Notes: generated by a model from the letters alone, not told the origin. 64,000 nucleotides of DNA from Candidatus Poribacteria bacterium (GCA_965205015.1 OZ242029.1:839937-903936); one strand, 5' to 3'; positions 18,512 to 28,821 are shown, numbered from the stretch's first letter. Numbers and translations are program-made.

Positions 18512-18773
18512 AGGATAAACCGAATTATGCAAAACAGACCCAGCATTAAATTGCTTGCGCCTCAACAGAAACGTCCGTTCGGTGCTGTAGGTTCACCAAA
18601 GCGTGATACCGTTAGCACAAGACTAACAAGCATTCCTACCTGCCCCCCCCCACTTCACACCCGTTAAGCGCGCCTTTACAGAAAACTTCATACAACTCGA
18701 ACAACGGTTGCGGCTGCCTCCGTTTTTCCGCGCCTGCATGCCCTTCGGCGTATGTAAGGGATTTTTTTATCCT

Positions 18774-21700
18774 ATGAAGACAAAACTTTTCCCTCTGTTT
18801 CTCATAGGTGTCCTTCTCCTTCTCGTCCCGCTGCGTCAGGCGAGCTCTCAGAACGTGAACGTTCCTGATGCCAATTTAAGAGCGGCAATAGAGAGCGCGC
18901 TCTCTCTCAGTGCAGGTGACCCTATCACAGAAACAGCGATGGCGGGGTTGACAACACTGACAGCAAGCGGCGTGGGCGTGGAAGACCTCACCGGATTGGA
19001 ATACGCGACAGGGCTACAGCATTTGGATCTCTCTTCCAACCCAATTACGGACATCAGCATCCTTACACAAACCAACTTTCCGAATCTGAAGTCCTTAGAC
19101 ATAACGGATACATGGGTTCGGGATTTCTCGGCAATTGATGGAGAATATTGGACCAGGAAGTTTAATGAGGATCAATCTAACAACAGACTATATATATGCA
19201 GTAATGCCTTAGAAAATTGGGATTACGATGGTAACAATGATGGCGATCCCCTGGGTAAAATTGATCTGCAGACTTTTGATTGGATTGATCCGGCGGACTG
19301 GACGGCGAGCGATAGGGAGAGGATCAAGGAGCAACTCGAAAAACCTACCTGTGCGCCTGTGTTTACACTGACCGGGGACGACACATCCGTTAGGTTAGTG
19401 GTCGATGCCGATGCAGACCTGCTGGGAACCAGAGGGACCGTAACCTACGTCTACCGTTATCGGAAGAGTGGTGAGAGCTGGCCCGACACGAGTACGGATA
19501 CATTGACCCCTCTGTGGACAGGTGGTTTTCCTCATGCTACTCCACCGGGTGAAGACATGGAACCAAACTATCAAGGTGTTATTGAGCCCACACAGGTTGG
19601 CGAGGGCGGGCCCGAATATGCCGCTGACATCACGGGACTTGATCCGAGTGCCGTATACCATTTCCAAGTGTTCGGTTCCGTTTTCGCTCCGGGCAGCCCG
19701 AATCGTCAGATCTATCCACCCGGGAGTGAAGTAAAATGCTGGTCTACATCAGACCAATCAGTCGTAGACTGTCCGGAGGACCCGCCCCCCACGACAAGCA
19801 TCCCTCACGGACTGACGGTACTGACGGTGACGTTTGCGGACTACCCTGAAGAGAAACCAGTTGATGAATTGACGCTCACGATCAGATTCTCCGAACCCGT
19901 CATCGGTTTCGAGAAAGAGGACATCACGGTAGAGACAGAACTCACCAGCGGGAAAGGGGACGCAACCGTGACAGACTTGACCCCCGAAACACCAATACAC
20001 CCCGATAGACCCGACCCTGACCCCATACAGACCTACACCGCAACCGTGGCACTCCCCGACCGCGCAAGAGGCACCGTGACACTCATCGTCCGAGCAGATG
20101 CCGCAACCAACCCAACGGAGACGAGAGGTCCCGCTTCAGATACCCCCTCCGACCCCATCGAGTTCGGACGCAGACGTGTGATCGTCTGTCCACCATCTGT
20201 CGTGCCTATGGAGACAGTCATCTTCAACGAGTTTCGAAATGCTGAAAACGATACACACGACTGGATCGAACTGAAAAACATCTCCGATGAAGACGTCTCT
20301 CTCGCCGAATGGGAGATCAGTCTTGTCGTCCCGCACGCCATCAGTCCGGCGGCACCGCAACAGGAAATCTTCGCAATGGATCGGGAGGTCGTCGCCTTTG
20401 GAGACTATACACTCCCCGCAGGGGGTATCCTGCTGATCGTCAATACCCACCCCAGTGAGACGGATCTGATACGCGGGCAGGACATCGAAAATCCCAACCG
20501 CAACCCCGATCTCCTCCCCCACTATCTCATCGCACCGGAGATGAAGTTGCCGAGTACCCCGTATCTGATCATCCTCCGGAGTGTGCGCGATAAGAACGGT
20601 CAACACGAAGGCTTTGAAGACCTCGCAGGCGATTACCACAAAGACGATGTCAACTACGCTACCAACATCTGGCCCCTGCTCTGTACCCCTGTCTATACCG
20701 GCACAGAGGCACGGTTCACCGTAGGCGACATCTATCAGCGGGTCATGGTGCCAAAGTTTTCGTCAAGAACCCTGGACACCACGCCACAGCCGGAGAAACG
20801 CGGCTACCTGGAGGGTGCCTGGATCTTGAGCGACTATCACAGCGGGTTAGGCTATGACCCCGAGGCACCCCCCGAAAAGAGTCTCGGCACGCCGGGGTAT
20901 CCGCTGCCGGGACAACCGACTGAAAAGGGATGGGGAAACATCAGTTTTTCTGAGGTGATGTATGCGACGAACGATAACGGAGGACTCTCGCAGTGGATAG
21001 AACTCTATAACAACACCTCCGAGATCGTGGACCTCACGGATTGGGAGCTCATGATTGAGGCACGCGACAGCAAAACCGTCCGACGCTGGACATCGCTTCG
21101 ATTCAAACCGCTACACATCAGACCGAACGCAACCGTGCTACTGGTGGGGCGGAACGCCCGAACCTCAGGGAACATCCCTGCCGATCGGATTTACGATCTC
21201 TACCGTCGCAACATTGCGGCGTTTCGGCGACTCGGCGAGGGTGCGAACCGATTCCTCGGATGGGAGGGGTTTGCGCTGCGGTTGTTCTCCCCCGACGGCA
21301 CTTTGGTGGATGTGGCGGGGAACCTCGATGGACGACAAACGCACGATAAACCGAAGTGGGAGTTGCCCGACGGGTGGACGGAAACCGGGACGCGTACCTC
21401 GTTGATCCGGGGGTATGATGCGCGTGTGCCACGGTTAGGGACGCTGTCGGGCAGTTTCGTACGGGCGGCGGATACAGCGTTGCTCAAGGGATATTCGTAT
21501 TGGGGACTTCCGAACGATAATGGGACCCCGGGGTATCGGCGGGGGAGTCCGTTGCCTGTAACGCTGTCGAGTGTGCGTGCGGATCGTGCCGAGGGTGGGG
21601 TTGTAGTGAACTGGACGACAGCATCGGAGATGGAGAACGCCGGGTTTCATGTGCTGCGAAGTCAACACCGAGCGTCAGGGTTCCTACGCGTGTCTCCGAG

Positions 21701-21911
21701 CCTGATTGCGGGTGCCGGGACGACGGCGGAGCGACAGAATTATATCTATCGAGATACCACGGTACAACCGAATGTCCCCTATTACTACCGGATAGAAGAG
21801 GTCTCGTTATCGGGGGAACGTCGGGGGGTGGCGACTGTGCGGCTACGCGGGCACGTTTCAGCAGCGAATAAGCTGCTTTGGAAATGGGCGGATGTCAAAA
21901 CCGAGAAGTAA
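18774..21911 (+). CDS. Large secreted protein with N-terminal leucine-rich repeats, two lamin-tail domains (LTD) and a C-terminal beta-sandwich-like domain.
   Basis: Signal peptide 'MKTKLFPLFLIGVLLLLVPLRQASS' (ATG 18774, inside the track ORF 18708..). LRR 'LTGLEYATGLQHLDLSSNPITDISIL'. LTD motifs 'VIFNEFRNAENDTHDWIELKNISDEDVSLAEWEI' and 'ISFSEVMYATNDNGGLSQWIELYNNTSEIVDLTDWEL'. Confidence 0.7.
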   Translation: MKTKLFPLFLIGVLLLLVPLRQASSQNVNVPDANLRAAIESALSLSAGDPITETAMAGLTTLTASGVGVEDLTGLEYATGLQHLDLSSNPITDISILTQTNFPNLKSLDITDTWVRDFSAIDGEYWTRKFNEDQSNNRLYICSNALENWDYDGNNDGDPLGKIDLQTFDWIDPADWTASDRERIKEQLEKPTCAPVFTLTGDDTSVRLVVDADADLLGTRGTVTYVYRYRKSGESWPDTSTDTLTPLWTGGFPHATPPGEDMEPNYQGVIEPTQVGEGGPEYAADITGLDPSAVYHFQVFGSVFAPGSPNRQIYPPGSEVKCWSTSDQSVVDCPEDPPPTTSIPHGLTVLTVTFADYPEEKPVDELTLTIRFSEPVIGFEKEDITVETELTSGKGDATVTDLTPETPIHPDRPDPDPIQTYTATVALPDRARGTVTLIVRADAATNPTETRGPASDTPSDPIEFGRRRVIVCPPSVVPMETVIFNEFRNAENDTHDWIELKNISDEDVSLAEWEISLVVPHAISPAAPQQEIFAMDREVVAFGDYTLPAGGILLIVNTHPSETDLIRGQDIENPNRNPDLLPHYLIAPEMKLPSTPYLIILRSVRDKNGQHEGFEDLAGDYHKDDVNYATNIWPLLCTPVYTGTEARFTVGDIYQRVMVPKFSSRTLDTTPQPEKRGYLEGAWILSDYHSGLGYDPEAPPEKSLGTPGYPLPGQPTEKGWGNISFSEVMYATNDNGGLSQWIELYNNTSEIVDLTDWELMIEARDSKTVRRWTSLRFKPLHIRPNATVLLVGRNARTSGNIPADRIYDLYRRNIAAFRRLGEGANRFLGWEGFALRLFSPDGTLVDVAGNLDGRQTHDKPKWELPDGWTETGTRTSLIRGYDARVPRLGTLSGSFVRAADTALLKGYSYWGLPNDNGTPGYRRGSPLPVTLSSVRADRAEGGVVVNWTTASEMENAGFHVLRSQHRASGFLRVSPSLIAGAGTTAERQNYIYRDTTVQPNVPYYYRIEEVSLSGERRGVATVRLRGHVSAANKLLWKWADVKTEK

Positions 21912-22044
21912 TCAGGGGCATTGCGTGAGAAATCGCGACCGGGAGGTCCCTCCTACCGGGACACATCAGGAAGCGGATTAAATGCCTCTGCGACGGCACA
22001 TTAATTTTCTTGCTTTAAGTTGACAGATAGGTTAAAATAGAAAG

Positions 22045-22401
22045 GCTTGAGTTGAGTAGACGGTCGCGTCCCATCGGGATGAGGAAAGTCCGGACTCCAC
22101 AGGGCAGGATGCTGGGTAACACCCAGGAGCGGCGACGCTATGGAAAGTGCAACAGAGAGGAGACTACAACGCCTACTTCATAGACTCAGTTGGGCGTTGT
22201 ACAGGTGAAACGGTGCGGTAAAAGCGCACCAGTCCATAAGGTGACTTATGGAGCTTGGTAAACCCCGTCTGGAGCAAGGTAAATGGGGGATATATACAGG
22301 TGTGCCCGCCTCGTCCCCAGGTAACCGCTTGAGGTGGATGGTAACATCCATCCCAGATGAATGATCGTCATATACAGAATCCGGCTTATTCTCAACTCAA
22401 G
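22045..22401 (+). ncRNA. rnpB: RNase P RNA (bacterial type A).
   Basis: 'GAGGAAAGTCCGGACTCCACAGGGCAGGATGCTGGGTAACACCCAGG', '...AGTGCAACAGAGAG...', 'GGTAAAAGCGCACCAG', 'ACAGAATCCGGCTTAT'. P1 pairing between 'cttgagttgag' (22045-55) and 'ctcaactcaag' (22391-401). Confidence 0.92.
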
Positions 22402-23981
22402 TCCTTTAACGAGAATCCGCCGCCGCCCGGCGTTTCTATCCGAATGACATCACCCTCGCGCGTGGAAACAGATACCTTACCCGCTAATGGAGTTTCTTCT
22501 CCATCAGAAATTAGAACGTTGCGCCCCGGTTTTCCGGGTTCACCGCCTTGCAAGCCGTAGGGACCCCGTTTTCGCCGTTCCGACAGGAGGGTAACCTCCG
22601 CATCCGTAAGAAGTCGCAGTGCCCGAATGACGCCTGCACCGCCTCGGAACTTTCCTGTCCCGCCTGTTCCGCGTCGAATTGCATACGCCGCTACCTGCAT
22701 CGGATAGTTCGTTTCGATCGCCTCTATAGGTGTGTTCATCGTATTGGTCATATGCGTATGGATGGCATCAATTCCGTCTCGGTCTGGGCGCGCGCCCATC
22801 CCGCCTGCAATCGTCTCGTAATAAGTAAAGTCCTTCCCGCGCGAAGCATCATACCCCCCTATTGTGATATTATTCATAGTGCCGGAACTCGCAGCGGGAA
22901 TCTGATCCGGACAGGCTTGCGCCAACGCCCCCAGCAAAACATCAACAATACGCTGCGATGTCTCAACGTTTCCCCCGGCAACCGCTCCCGGAAACCTCGC
23001 GTTCACAACGGTTCCCTCTGGGGCAACGACTCGAATCGGCTCCAAACACCCAGCATTGGCGGGAACGTCTGCACCGGCGATACATCGAAAAGCATAAAAA
23101 ACAGCGGAGAGTGTAATCGCGTAAATCGCGTTCACTGAACCTCGAACCTGCGGGTCGGTACCAGTGAAGTCAACCAATGCCGTATCGTCTTCGATCTCAA
23201 TCGCGACCCGTATCTCAATAGGTTCATCGGTGATCCCGTCATTGTCAAGCACATCGGTGTATGTATAGCGTCCATCCGGGATTTCCCGAAGGCGTGCTCT
23301 GACCATCCGACTTGCGTACGCGCAGAGTTCCTGCATGTACTCCGTAATTTCTGGCGCGCCATACTTGTCCATCATCTCCTGTAATCGCCGTTCACCGACG
23401 CGGTTTGCGGCGAGTTGCGCTTCCATATCGCCACGGCGTTCCTCAGGCGTACGGACATTCGCGAGGATGAATTCCCAGAGGTCGGTGTCCAATTCTCCAC
23501 CACGGATGAGTTTAACGGGTGGAATTCGGATGCCTTCCTGAATAACACTCGTCGCAATCGGCATTGAACCGGGGGTCATCCCGCCCACATCGGCGTGATG
23601 GGCACGATTCGCAACAAAAAAGACGGGTTTACTTCCGGATTCGTTCTCACTCTCACCCGAGAAGACAGGCGCGACAAGCGTAATATCGGGGAGGTGGGTG
23701 CCGCCGCGATAGGGGTCATTCAGCGCGATCATATCACCCGGTGCCATCTCGGTATGGGCAATCGCAGCGAGAACCGAAAGTGGCATAGAACCGAGATGCA
23801 CAGGAATATGCGCCGCTTGTGCAACCATTTTACCCGTGTTATCAAACACGGCACATGAAAAATCAAGCCGTTCCTTGATATTCGGTGAGAACGCCGTGCG
23901 TTGTAGCGTTACGCCCATCTCCTCGGCAACCGAGGTCAGCATATTCTTGTAAAGTTCAAGTTTGATTGGATCAGCTGTCAT
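22392..23981 (-). CDS. Hydantoinase B / oxoprolinase family protein (HyuB).
   Basis: 529 aa. N-terminus 'DPIKLELYKNMLTSVAEEMGVTLQRTAFSPNIKERLDFSCAVFD...HIPVHLGSM' is characteristic of the HyuB family. Confidence 0.8.
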   Translation of the reverse strand: MTADPIKLELYKNMLTSVAEEMGVTLQRTAFSPNIKERLDFSCAVFDNTGKMVAQAAHIPVHLGSMPLSVLAAIAHTEMAPGDMIALNDPYRGGTHLPDITLVAPVFSGESENESGSKPVFFVANRAHHADVGGMTPGSMPIATSVIQEGIRIPPVKLIRGGELDTDLWEFILANVRTPEERRGDMEAQLAANRVGERRLQEMMDKYGAPEITEYMQELCAYASRMVRARLREIPDGRYTYTDVLDNDGITDEPIEIRVAIEIEDDTALVDFTGTDPQVRGSVNAIYAITLSAVFYAFRCIAGADVPANAGCLEPIRVVAPEGTVVNARFPGAVAGGNVETSQRIVDVLLGALAQACPDQIPAASSGTMNNITIGGYDASRGKDFTYYETIAGGMGARPDRDGIDAIHTHMTNTMNTPIEAIETNYPMQVAAYAIRRGTGGTGKFRGGAGVIRALRLLTDAEVTLLSERRKRGPYGLQGGEPGKPGRNVLISDGEETPLAGKVSVSTREGDVIRIETPGGGGFSLKDLS

Positions 23982-24055
23982 TATGACGAAGGTGAGTTAT
24001 ATGGATGGATTGATATAGGTAGTTCAGATCCTCAAATCAGTAAGTGATTAAATCT

Positions 24056-24271
24056 TTAGTTCTTCACCAGAGCGATAATCGAGACAATCACAGCAATCAC
24101 AGCACAACCGATAGGTATCCATTCCTTGAATGCTAAGCGTCTGCCTTTCAACTCTGCGACACCGGTTTCAACGTTTCGTAACCGGCTGTCAATACTCTCA
24201 AGCCGATTCTCAATTCTATCAAAGCCTTGCTTCATTAATCCGTAAAGTTCTTCAATAGTCATGATGTTCAC
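24056..24271 (-). CDS. Small tail-anchored membrane protein with N-terminal coiled coil (XhlA-like layout). Hypothetical.
   Basis: 71 aa. 'IENRLESIDSRLRNVETGVAELKGRRLAFKE' coiled coil and a C-terminal TM helix 'WIPIGCAVIAVIVSIIALV'. Confidence 0.35.
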   Translation of the reverse strand: MNIMTIEELYGLMKQGFDRIENRLESIDSRLRNVETGVAELKGRRLAFKEWIPIGCAVIAVIVSIIALVKN

Positions 24272-24407
24272 CTCATGTGAACCTAAATTTTAAGAATTGT
24301 ACTACATTTTCGAGAGAAAGTCAAATTCATTTTCAATCATCTCAATCCTTGCATTTTAACATCGCCTGCTATAATATGCAAGGAAAGATTCGTTAGGAGA
24401 ACTCCAA

Positions 24408-25373
24408 ATGAAAAAAGTCAATATTGCGCTTATCGGCGCGGGCGGGATGGCAAACGGTGTCCATTATCCGTCGCTCAGAGAGTGTGAAGATGTGAATCTT
24501 GTTGGATTGTGTGACGTAATCCCATCAAAACTTCAGGCAACAGCAGAACGCTTTGAGATTGAGGAAACGTTCACTGACTATAAACAGATGCTGGAGAAGA
24601 CGAGTCCGGATGCGGTGTATATCCTCATGCCGCCGCAACATCTATTTCCGCTCGTCATCCACTGTCTCTCGCAACAGCATCACGTTTTTATTGAGAAACC
24701 ACCCGGCGTTACACTCCACCAAACCAAGGAAATGGCACGCGCCGCAGAGAAAAACAACTGTAAGACGATGGTAGGTTTCAACCGTCGCTTTATCCCTCTC
24801 TTGCGAAAGGTCAAAGCAATCGTCGAAAAGCAAGGTCCGATCCTTCAGTGCATGTCAACCTTCCACAAAAACACACCCGACGCACACTATTACGACGGCG
24901 TGATAGATGTCCTAACATGCGATGCAATCCACGCCGTGGATGCACTCCGATGGCTTGGTGGTGGTGAGGTGAAAGCCGTCGCAAGCGACATCAACAGTTT
25001 CTATTCCGAGCGTGAGAATAGTTTCAATGCCCTTGTTAAATTTACCAGCGGTGCCTCCGGTTATCTCTGTACCAACTGGGCAGTCGGCGGGCGTATCCAT
25101 ACATTTGAGATGCACGCGCGTGAGATTTCCGCCTATATTAATCCCGATGCCGGCGGACGTGCGGTCCTTCACACCCCCAACGGTACAACTGAAATTACCC
25201 CTGAAGACGCCGCGGGATCTGAGGCGACACATAGGTCTTACGGATTTTATGGAGAGAGCAGACATTTCGTCGATTGTATTCACCAGAACCAGCAGCCGTT
25301 AACCTGCTTCGCGGACGCAGTCAAGACGATGGAACTCGTGGCAGCTATCTATCAAAACCGGATAGACGCTTGA
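24408..25373 (+). CDS. Gfo/Idh/MocA-family NAD(P)-dependent oxidoreductase.
   Basis: 'MKKVNIALIGAGGMANGVHYPSL' Rossmann N-terminus, 321 aa. Confidence 0.75.
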   Translation: MKKVNIALIGAGGMANGVHYPSLRECEDVNLVGLCDVIPSKLQATAERFEIEETFTDYKQMLEKTSPDAVYILMPPQHLFPLVIHCLSQQHHVFIEKPPGVTLHQTKEMARAAEKNNCKTMVGFNRRFIPLLRKVKAIVEKQGPILQCMSTFHKNTPDAHYYDGVIDVLTCDAIHAVDALRWLGGGEVKAVASDINSFYSERENSFNALVKFTSGASGYLCTNWAVGGRIHTFEMHAREISAYINPDAGGRAVLHTPNGTTEITPEDAAGSEATHRSYGFYGESRHFVDCIHQNQQPLTCFADAVKTMELVAAIYQNRIDA

Positions 25374-25427
25374 ACGCCCAGCACGAAAAATCAATTGGCA
25401 TCTTTCTTGCTAAGATGATATTATAAA

Positions 25428-26411
25428 ATGGTAGGGACCCTTGCGAACGCTATGAATACACACCACATACCCGTCTTATGTGATAAAGTCATTGATTTTC
25501 TCCGTCCAAAATCGGAGCGTGTTTACATAGATGGCACTGTGGGGTTAGGAGGGCATAGTGCTGCTATTTTAGAGACTTCCGCACCGAACGGACGCGTGAT
25601 CGGAATTGATTTAGATGTTGAGGCTCTCAGTATCGCAAAAGGTAGATTACAGGTCTTCGGGGCGCGTTATTCTCTCATTAACGGCAATTTTGCTGAGATG
25701 GATGTCTTATTGGAAACCAGACACTCAGTTCACGCGGTAGACGGTATTCTGCTTGACTTAGGGGTATCTTCTCTGCAACTGGACACACCACACCGAGGTT
25801 TCAGTTTCAACCATACCGGTCCGTTAGATATGCGCATGAATCCACGGCAGGTGTTAAACAGCGAGCGAGAAGCGAGAATCCTTACAGCTATGCAGGTCGT
25901 CAACGACAGTCCAATGGATGCCCTCGTTGATATTTTTAAACGGTATGGCGAAGAACGATTCGCGAAACGGATTGCACATCGGATTATTCAGACGAGACAA
26001 AAAACACCGATAGCCACAACAACGCAACTCGCAGAGATTGCTAAGCAAGCCGTCCCCAAGAGCAGATCCAAAATTCATCCGGCAACTCGTATATTTCAGG
26101 CACTCCGCATTCATATCAACGCCGAATTGGAAAATCTCGCGATCGCTTTAGACGTTGCAATACAACTTTTGAAACCGGGCGGTTGCCTGTGTGTCATCAC
26201 ATTTCATTCACTTGAAGATAGGATCGTCAAACACCATTTCCAGACCTGCGCACGGGCGTGCGTCTGTCCACCCAAAACGCCCGTCTGTATTTGTGAACAC
26301 ACCGCGTCTCTGGAAATTCTCACGAAGCGTCCCATAGTACCAGATGCCCTTGAAGTTGAAAATAATCCGCGAGCACGCAGTGCTAAATTGCGCGTCGCTC
26401 GCAAGTTGTAG
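25428..26411 (+). CDS. rsmH: 16S rRNA (cytosine1402-N4)-methyltransferase RsmH (MraW).
   Basis: 'IPVLCDKVIDFL...YIDGTVGLGGHSAAILE', 'DLGVSSLQLD'. First gene of the dcw cluster. Start may be ATG 25452 (MNTHHIPVL). Confidence 0.85.
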   Translation: MVGTLANAMNTHHIPVLCDKVIDFLRPKSERVYIDGTVGLGGHSAAILETSAPNGRVIGIDLDVEALSIAKGRLQVFGARYSLINGNFAEMDVLLETRHSVHAVDGILLDLGVSSLQLDTPHRGFSFNHTGPLDMRMNPRQVLNSEREARILTAMQVVNDSPMDALVDIFKRYGEERFAKRIAHRIIQTRQKTPIATTTQLAEIAKQAVPKSRSKIHPATRIFQALRIHINAELENLAIALDVAIQLLKPGGCLCVITFHSLEDRIVKHHFQTCARACVCPPKTPVCICEHTASLEILTKRPIVPDALEVENNPRARSAKLRVARKL

Positions 26412-26535
26412 GGTAAGGTGTCTCTACTTCGCGCCCTACCAAAGAAAAATGTATCTTAAATACAATATTCAACGTTTAAAAAAAAGAGTTTTTGCCACCT
26501 GTGGAAGCACCCTCTCTCTATAGAATATTGAATAC

Positions 26536-26862
26536 ATGCAAACATTACATAATAGTCATTCGACACGCATTACCAATACAGAAGACCCAAAACCGAAAAG
26601 GAGATTCCCGTTAGCCTATATTGTTCTGGTGCTATCTTTCTGCACCTTCGCTGGCAGCATCTGGTTCTCATCTTACGCCAAAAAGGTTGCTTTGCATCGA
26701 CAACCGACTTACGAGAGGCAGAAGCGTCAAATTCAGGACGAAATTCATCGACTTGAATTGAAAGAATCAACCTTAACGGGTGTCCAAAGGATTCGGAAAA
26801 TCGCGACCGAATTCGGAATGGTTGCACCCACCGAAGCCTCACAAGTCGTCTGGGATAAATAA
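26536..26862 (+). CDS. ftsL: Cell division protein FtsL-like (bitopic membrane protein with coiled coil).
   Basis: 108 aa, one TM 'LAYIVLVLSFCTFAGSIWFSSY' then coiled coil 'QIQDEIHRLELKESTL'. Positioned between rsmH and ftsI. Confidence 0.55.
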   Translation: MQTLHNSHSTRITNTEDPKPKRRFPLAYIVLVLSFCTFAGSIWFSSYAKKVALHRQPTYERQKRQIQDEIHRLELKESTLTGVQRIRKIATEFGMVAPTEASQVVWDK

Positions 26863-27036
26863 AGGAAGGGTTCCTGATACCACATACTCACATCTCTGTT
26901 GCTTTTGAAATCATCCTGTGCAATCTCTTTCTTCTTCGCTTAAGCGCAGTGTTCGTAATGAAATGGAGAATGGATAAACGAAAAGGTACTTCAAAGTCGA
27001 AACCGAGCTGACCGAACCGCAAGGTATAATTAAAAA

Positions 27037-28821
27037 ATGAAAAATAATTCGCATTTATCTATTCCCCGACTGGCTTTCGTGCTTATTATACTTCAGATAA
27101 GTTTCCTCTTATTGATAGGTAAATTGTTCAAAGTTCAGATATCGAGCGATGTTGAACATCAAGGATTCGCTGGACACCCTTGGGGCCCCGCGCGCACAGC
27201 AGCGGTAAAACGAGGCAAAATTTTGGACAGACACGGCAATGTTTTAGCCTTGAGCCGTCACAGCCTCTCCGTCTATGCCGACCCGAAGTATATGAAGACG
27301 GATCCGAGTGAAGCCGCGCGGAGACTTGCCCCGGTTTTAGGTGTTCCCGAATCCGAATTGCTGACCAAACTTCGCCGCAAGGATAAACGGTTTGTATGGC
27401 TCAAAAAGGATATGGATTACGAATTGCTTGATGAGATTCGAGCAATTGAAAAAGACATCCGCGGCATCAAACATGAGGTCGAACAGCAACGCTCCTATCC
27501 GAAAGGGCAACTCGCCGCCCAAGTCATTGGACATATAAACGATCAAAATATGGGTGAGGGAATCGAGTACCAGTACAACAATTATCTTTTGAACGCGAGG
27601 CAGCGACAAGCCGCGCGGCGGGCAGAAGCCGCCCGTAACGAACCCATAAACTTGCTAACCAAGGGTGACTCTACCGACGATTATGGATACAGTGTCGTCT
27701 TGACTATTGACGAATATATTCAGCACGTCGCTGAAAAGGAACTAACAGCAGCCTGTCGAAAGTGGAACGCCCCACGAGGAACCGCCATCGTCTTGGCATC
27801 AAAAACCGCTGAAATATTGGCACTCGCTAACTACCCCTCTTACGATTTGAATCATTATACACTCGGGAGTGAGCAAGCAAAAAGGAATTTCGGTGTTTGG
27901 TTCGCGTATGAACCCGGCTCGATCTTTAAAATCGTTGCATCCTCCGCTGTCCTGAACGAAGGTATTATGAGCCCCGAGTCAACGGTTTTTTGCGAGAACG
28001 GACGATACCAACTCCCAAACGGTAGAATCATCCGAGACGTATCCGGGAAAGGATGGCTTACCTTAGAAGAAGTCCTCCACAAATCGAGTAATATCGGTAT
28101 GATTAAAGTCGTCAAGGAATTGGGATATGAGCACCTTAGTACCTACATCAACAAGTACGGCTTTGGAAAGGCAACCGGTGTAGACTTGCCTTATGAGCAC
28201 AATGGAAGTCTTTATGCCGTAAAACACTGGGATACACACTCTCTTGGCGCCGTCCCTTTTGGACAAGGGATTATGGTGACCCCTCTTCAAATGGTGAGTG
28301 CGCTAAACGTCATTGCGAACGGTGGAAAACTCCTCCGCCCACATATTACCCGAGAAATTCAGGACAGTAGCGGAAAGGTGATTAAAAAGAAATATCCCAT
28401 TGAAGTCCGGCAGGTCATCCGTCCGAGAGTCGCAAAACAGATGACTGAGATACTCGTCGGTGTCGTTGAAGGGGGTAGCGGCAGGCGGGCACGTGTTGAA
28501 GGCTATCGCGTGGCAGGAAAAACAGGAACAGCCCAAAAAGCTGAAAAACATGGGAAAGGCTACGCCGGAAAAGAGATTATGTCCTTTATGGGATTCCTAC
28601 CAGCCGAGAACCCTATGGTCTCAATAATCGTTATGCTTGATGAACCGAGGGGGGCACGTTTCAGTGGACAAATCGCCGGACCCCTCTTTCAGCAAATCGC
28701 TGCGCAAACCGTGCAATACTTGAAGCAAACCGAGTTCTTCGGACCCGAACTTCAAAAACCCTCCGACTTCTCATCTGTTGTGAAAAAACAATCACCAACG
28801 CTGAAAGGAGAGGGGCTATGA
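27037..28821 (+). CDS. ftsI: Peptidoglycan D,D-transpeptidase FtsI (PBP3).
   Basis: N-terminal TM, SxxK 'GSIFKIV', 'SSN' ('KSSNIGM'), 'KTGTA'. 594 aa. Confidence 0.9.
   Translation: MKNNSHLSIPRLAFVLIILQISFLLLIGKLFKVQISSDVEHQGFAGHPWGPARTAAVKRGKILDRHGNVLALSRHSLSVYADPKYMKTDPSEAARRLAPVLGVPESELLTKLRRKDKRFVWLKKDMDYELLDEIRAIEKDIRGIKHEVEQQRSYPKGQLAAQVIGHINDQNMGEGIEYQYNNYLLNARQRQAARRAEAARNEPINLLTKGDSTDDYGYSVVLTIDEYIQHVAEKELTAACRKWNAPRGTAIVLASKTAEILALANYPSYDLNHYTLGSEQAKRNFGVWFAYEPGSIFKIVASSAVLNEGIMSPESTVFCENGRYQLPNGRIIRDVSGKGWLTLEEVLHKSSNIGMIKVVKELGYEHLSTYINKYGFGKATGVDLPYEHNGSLYAVKHWDTHSLGAVPFGQGIMVTPLQMVSALNVIANGGKLLRPHITREIQDSSGKVIKKKYPIEVRQVIRPRVAKQMTEILVGVVEGGSGRRARVEGYRVAGKTGTAQKAEKHGKGYAGKEIMSFMGFLPAENPMVSIIVMLDEPRGARFSGQIAGPLFQQIAAQTVQYLKQTEFFGPELQKPSDFSSVVKKQSPTLKGEGL

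Noticed and set aside
20136-20639. 167-aa minus-strand ORF
   Set aside because: Antisense within the LRR/LTD gene.
22020-22038. TTGACA and TAAAAT upstream of rnpB as a promoter
   Set aside because: The spacer is only 7 nt, so it is not a functional sigma70 geometry. The rnpB promoter is unassigned.
24349-24375. TTGCAT-15-TATAAT as promoter for the Gfo/Idh/MocA gene at 24408
   Set aside because: The 15-nt spacer is shorter than functional range. Left as uncertain.
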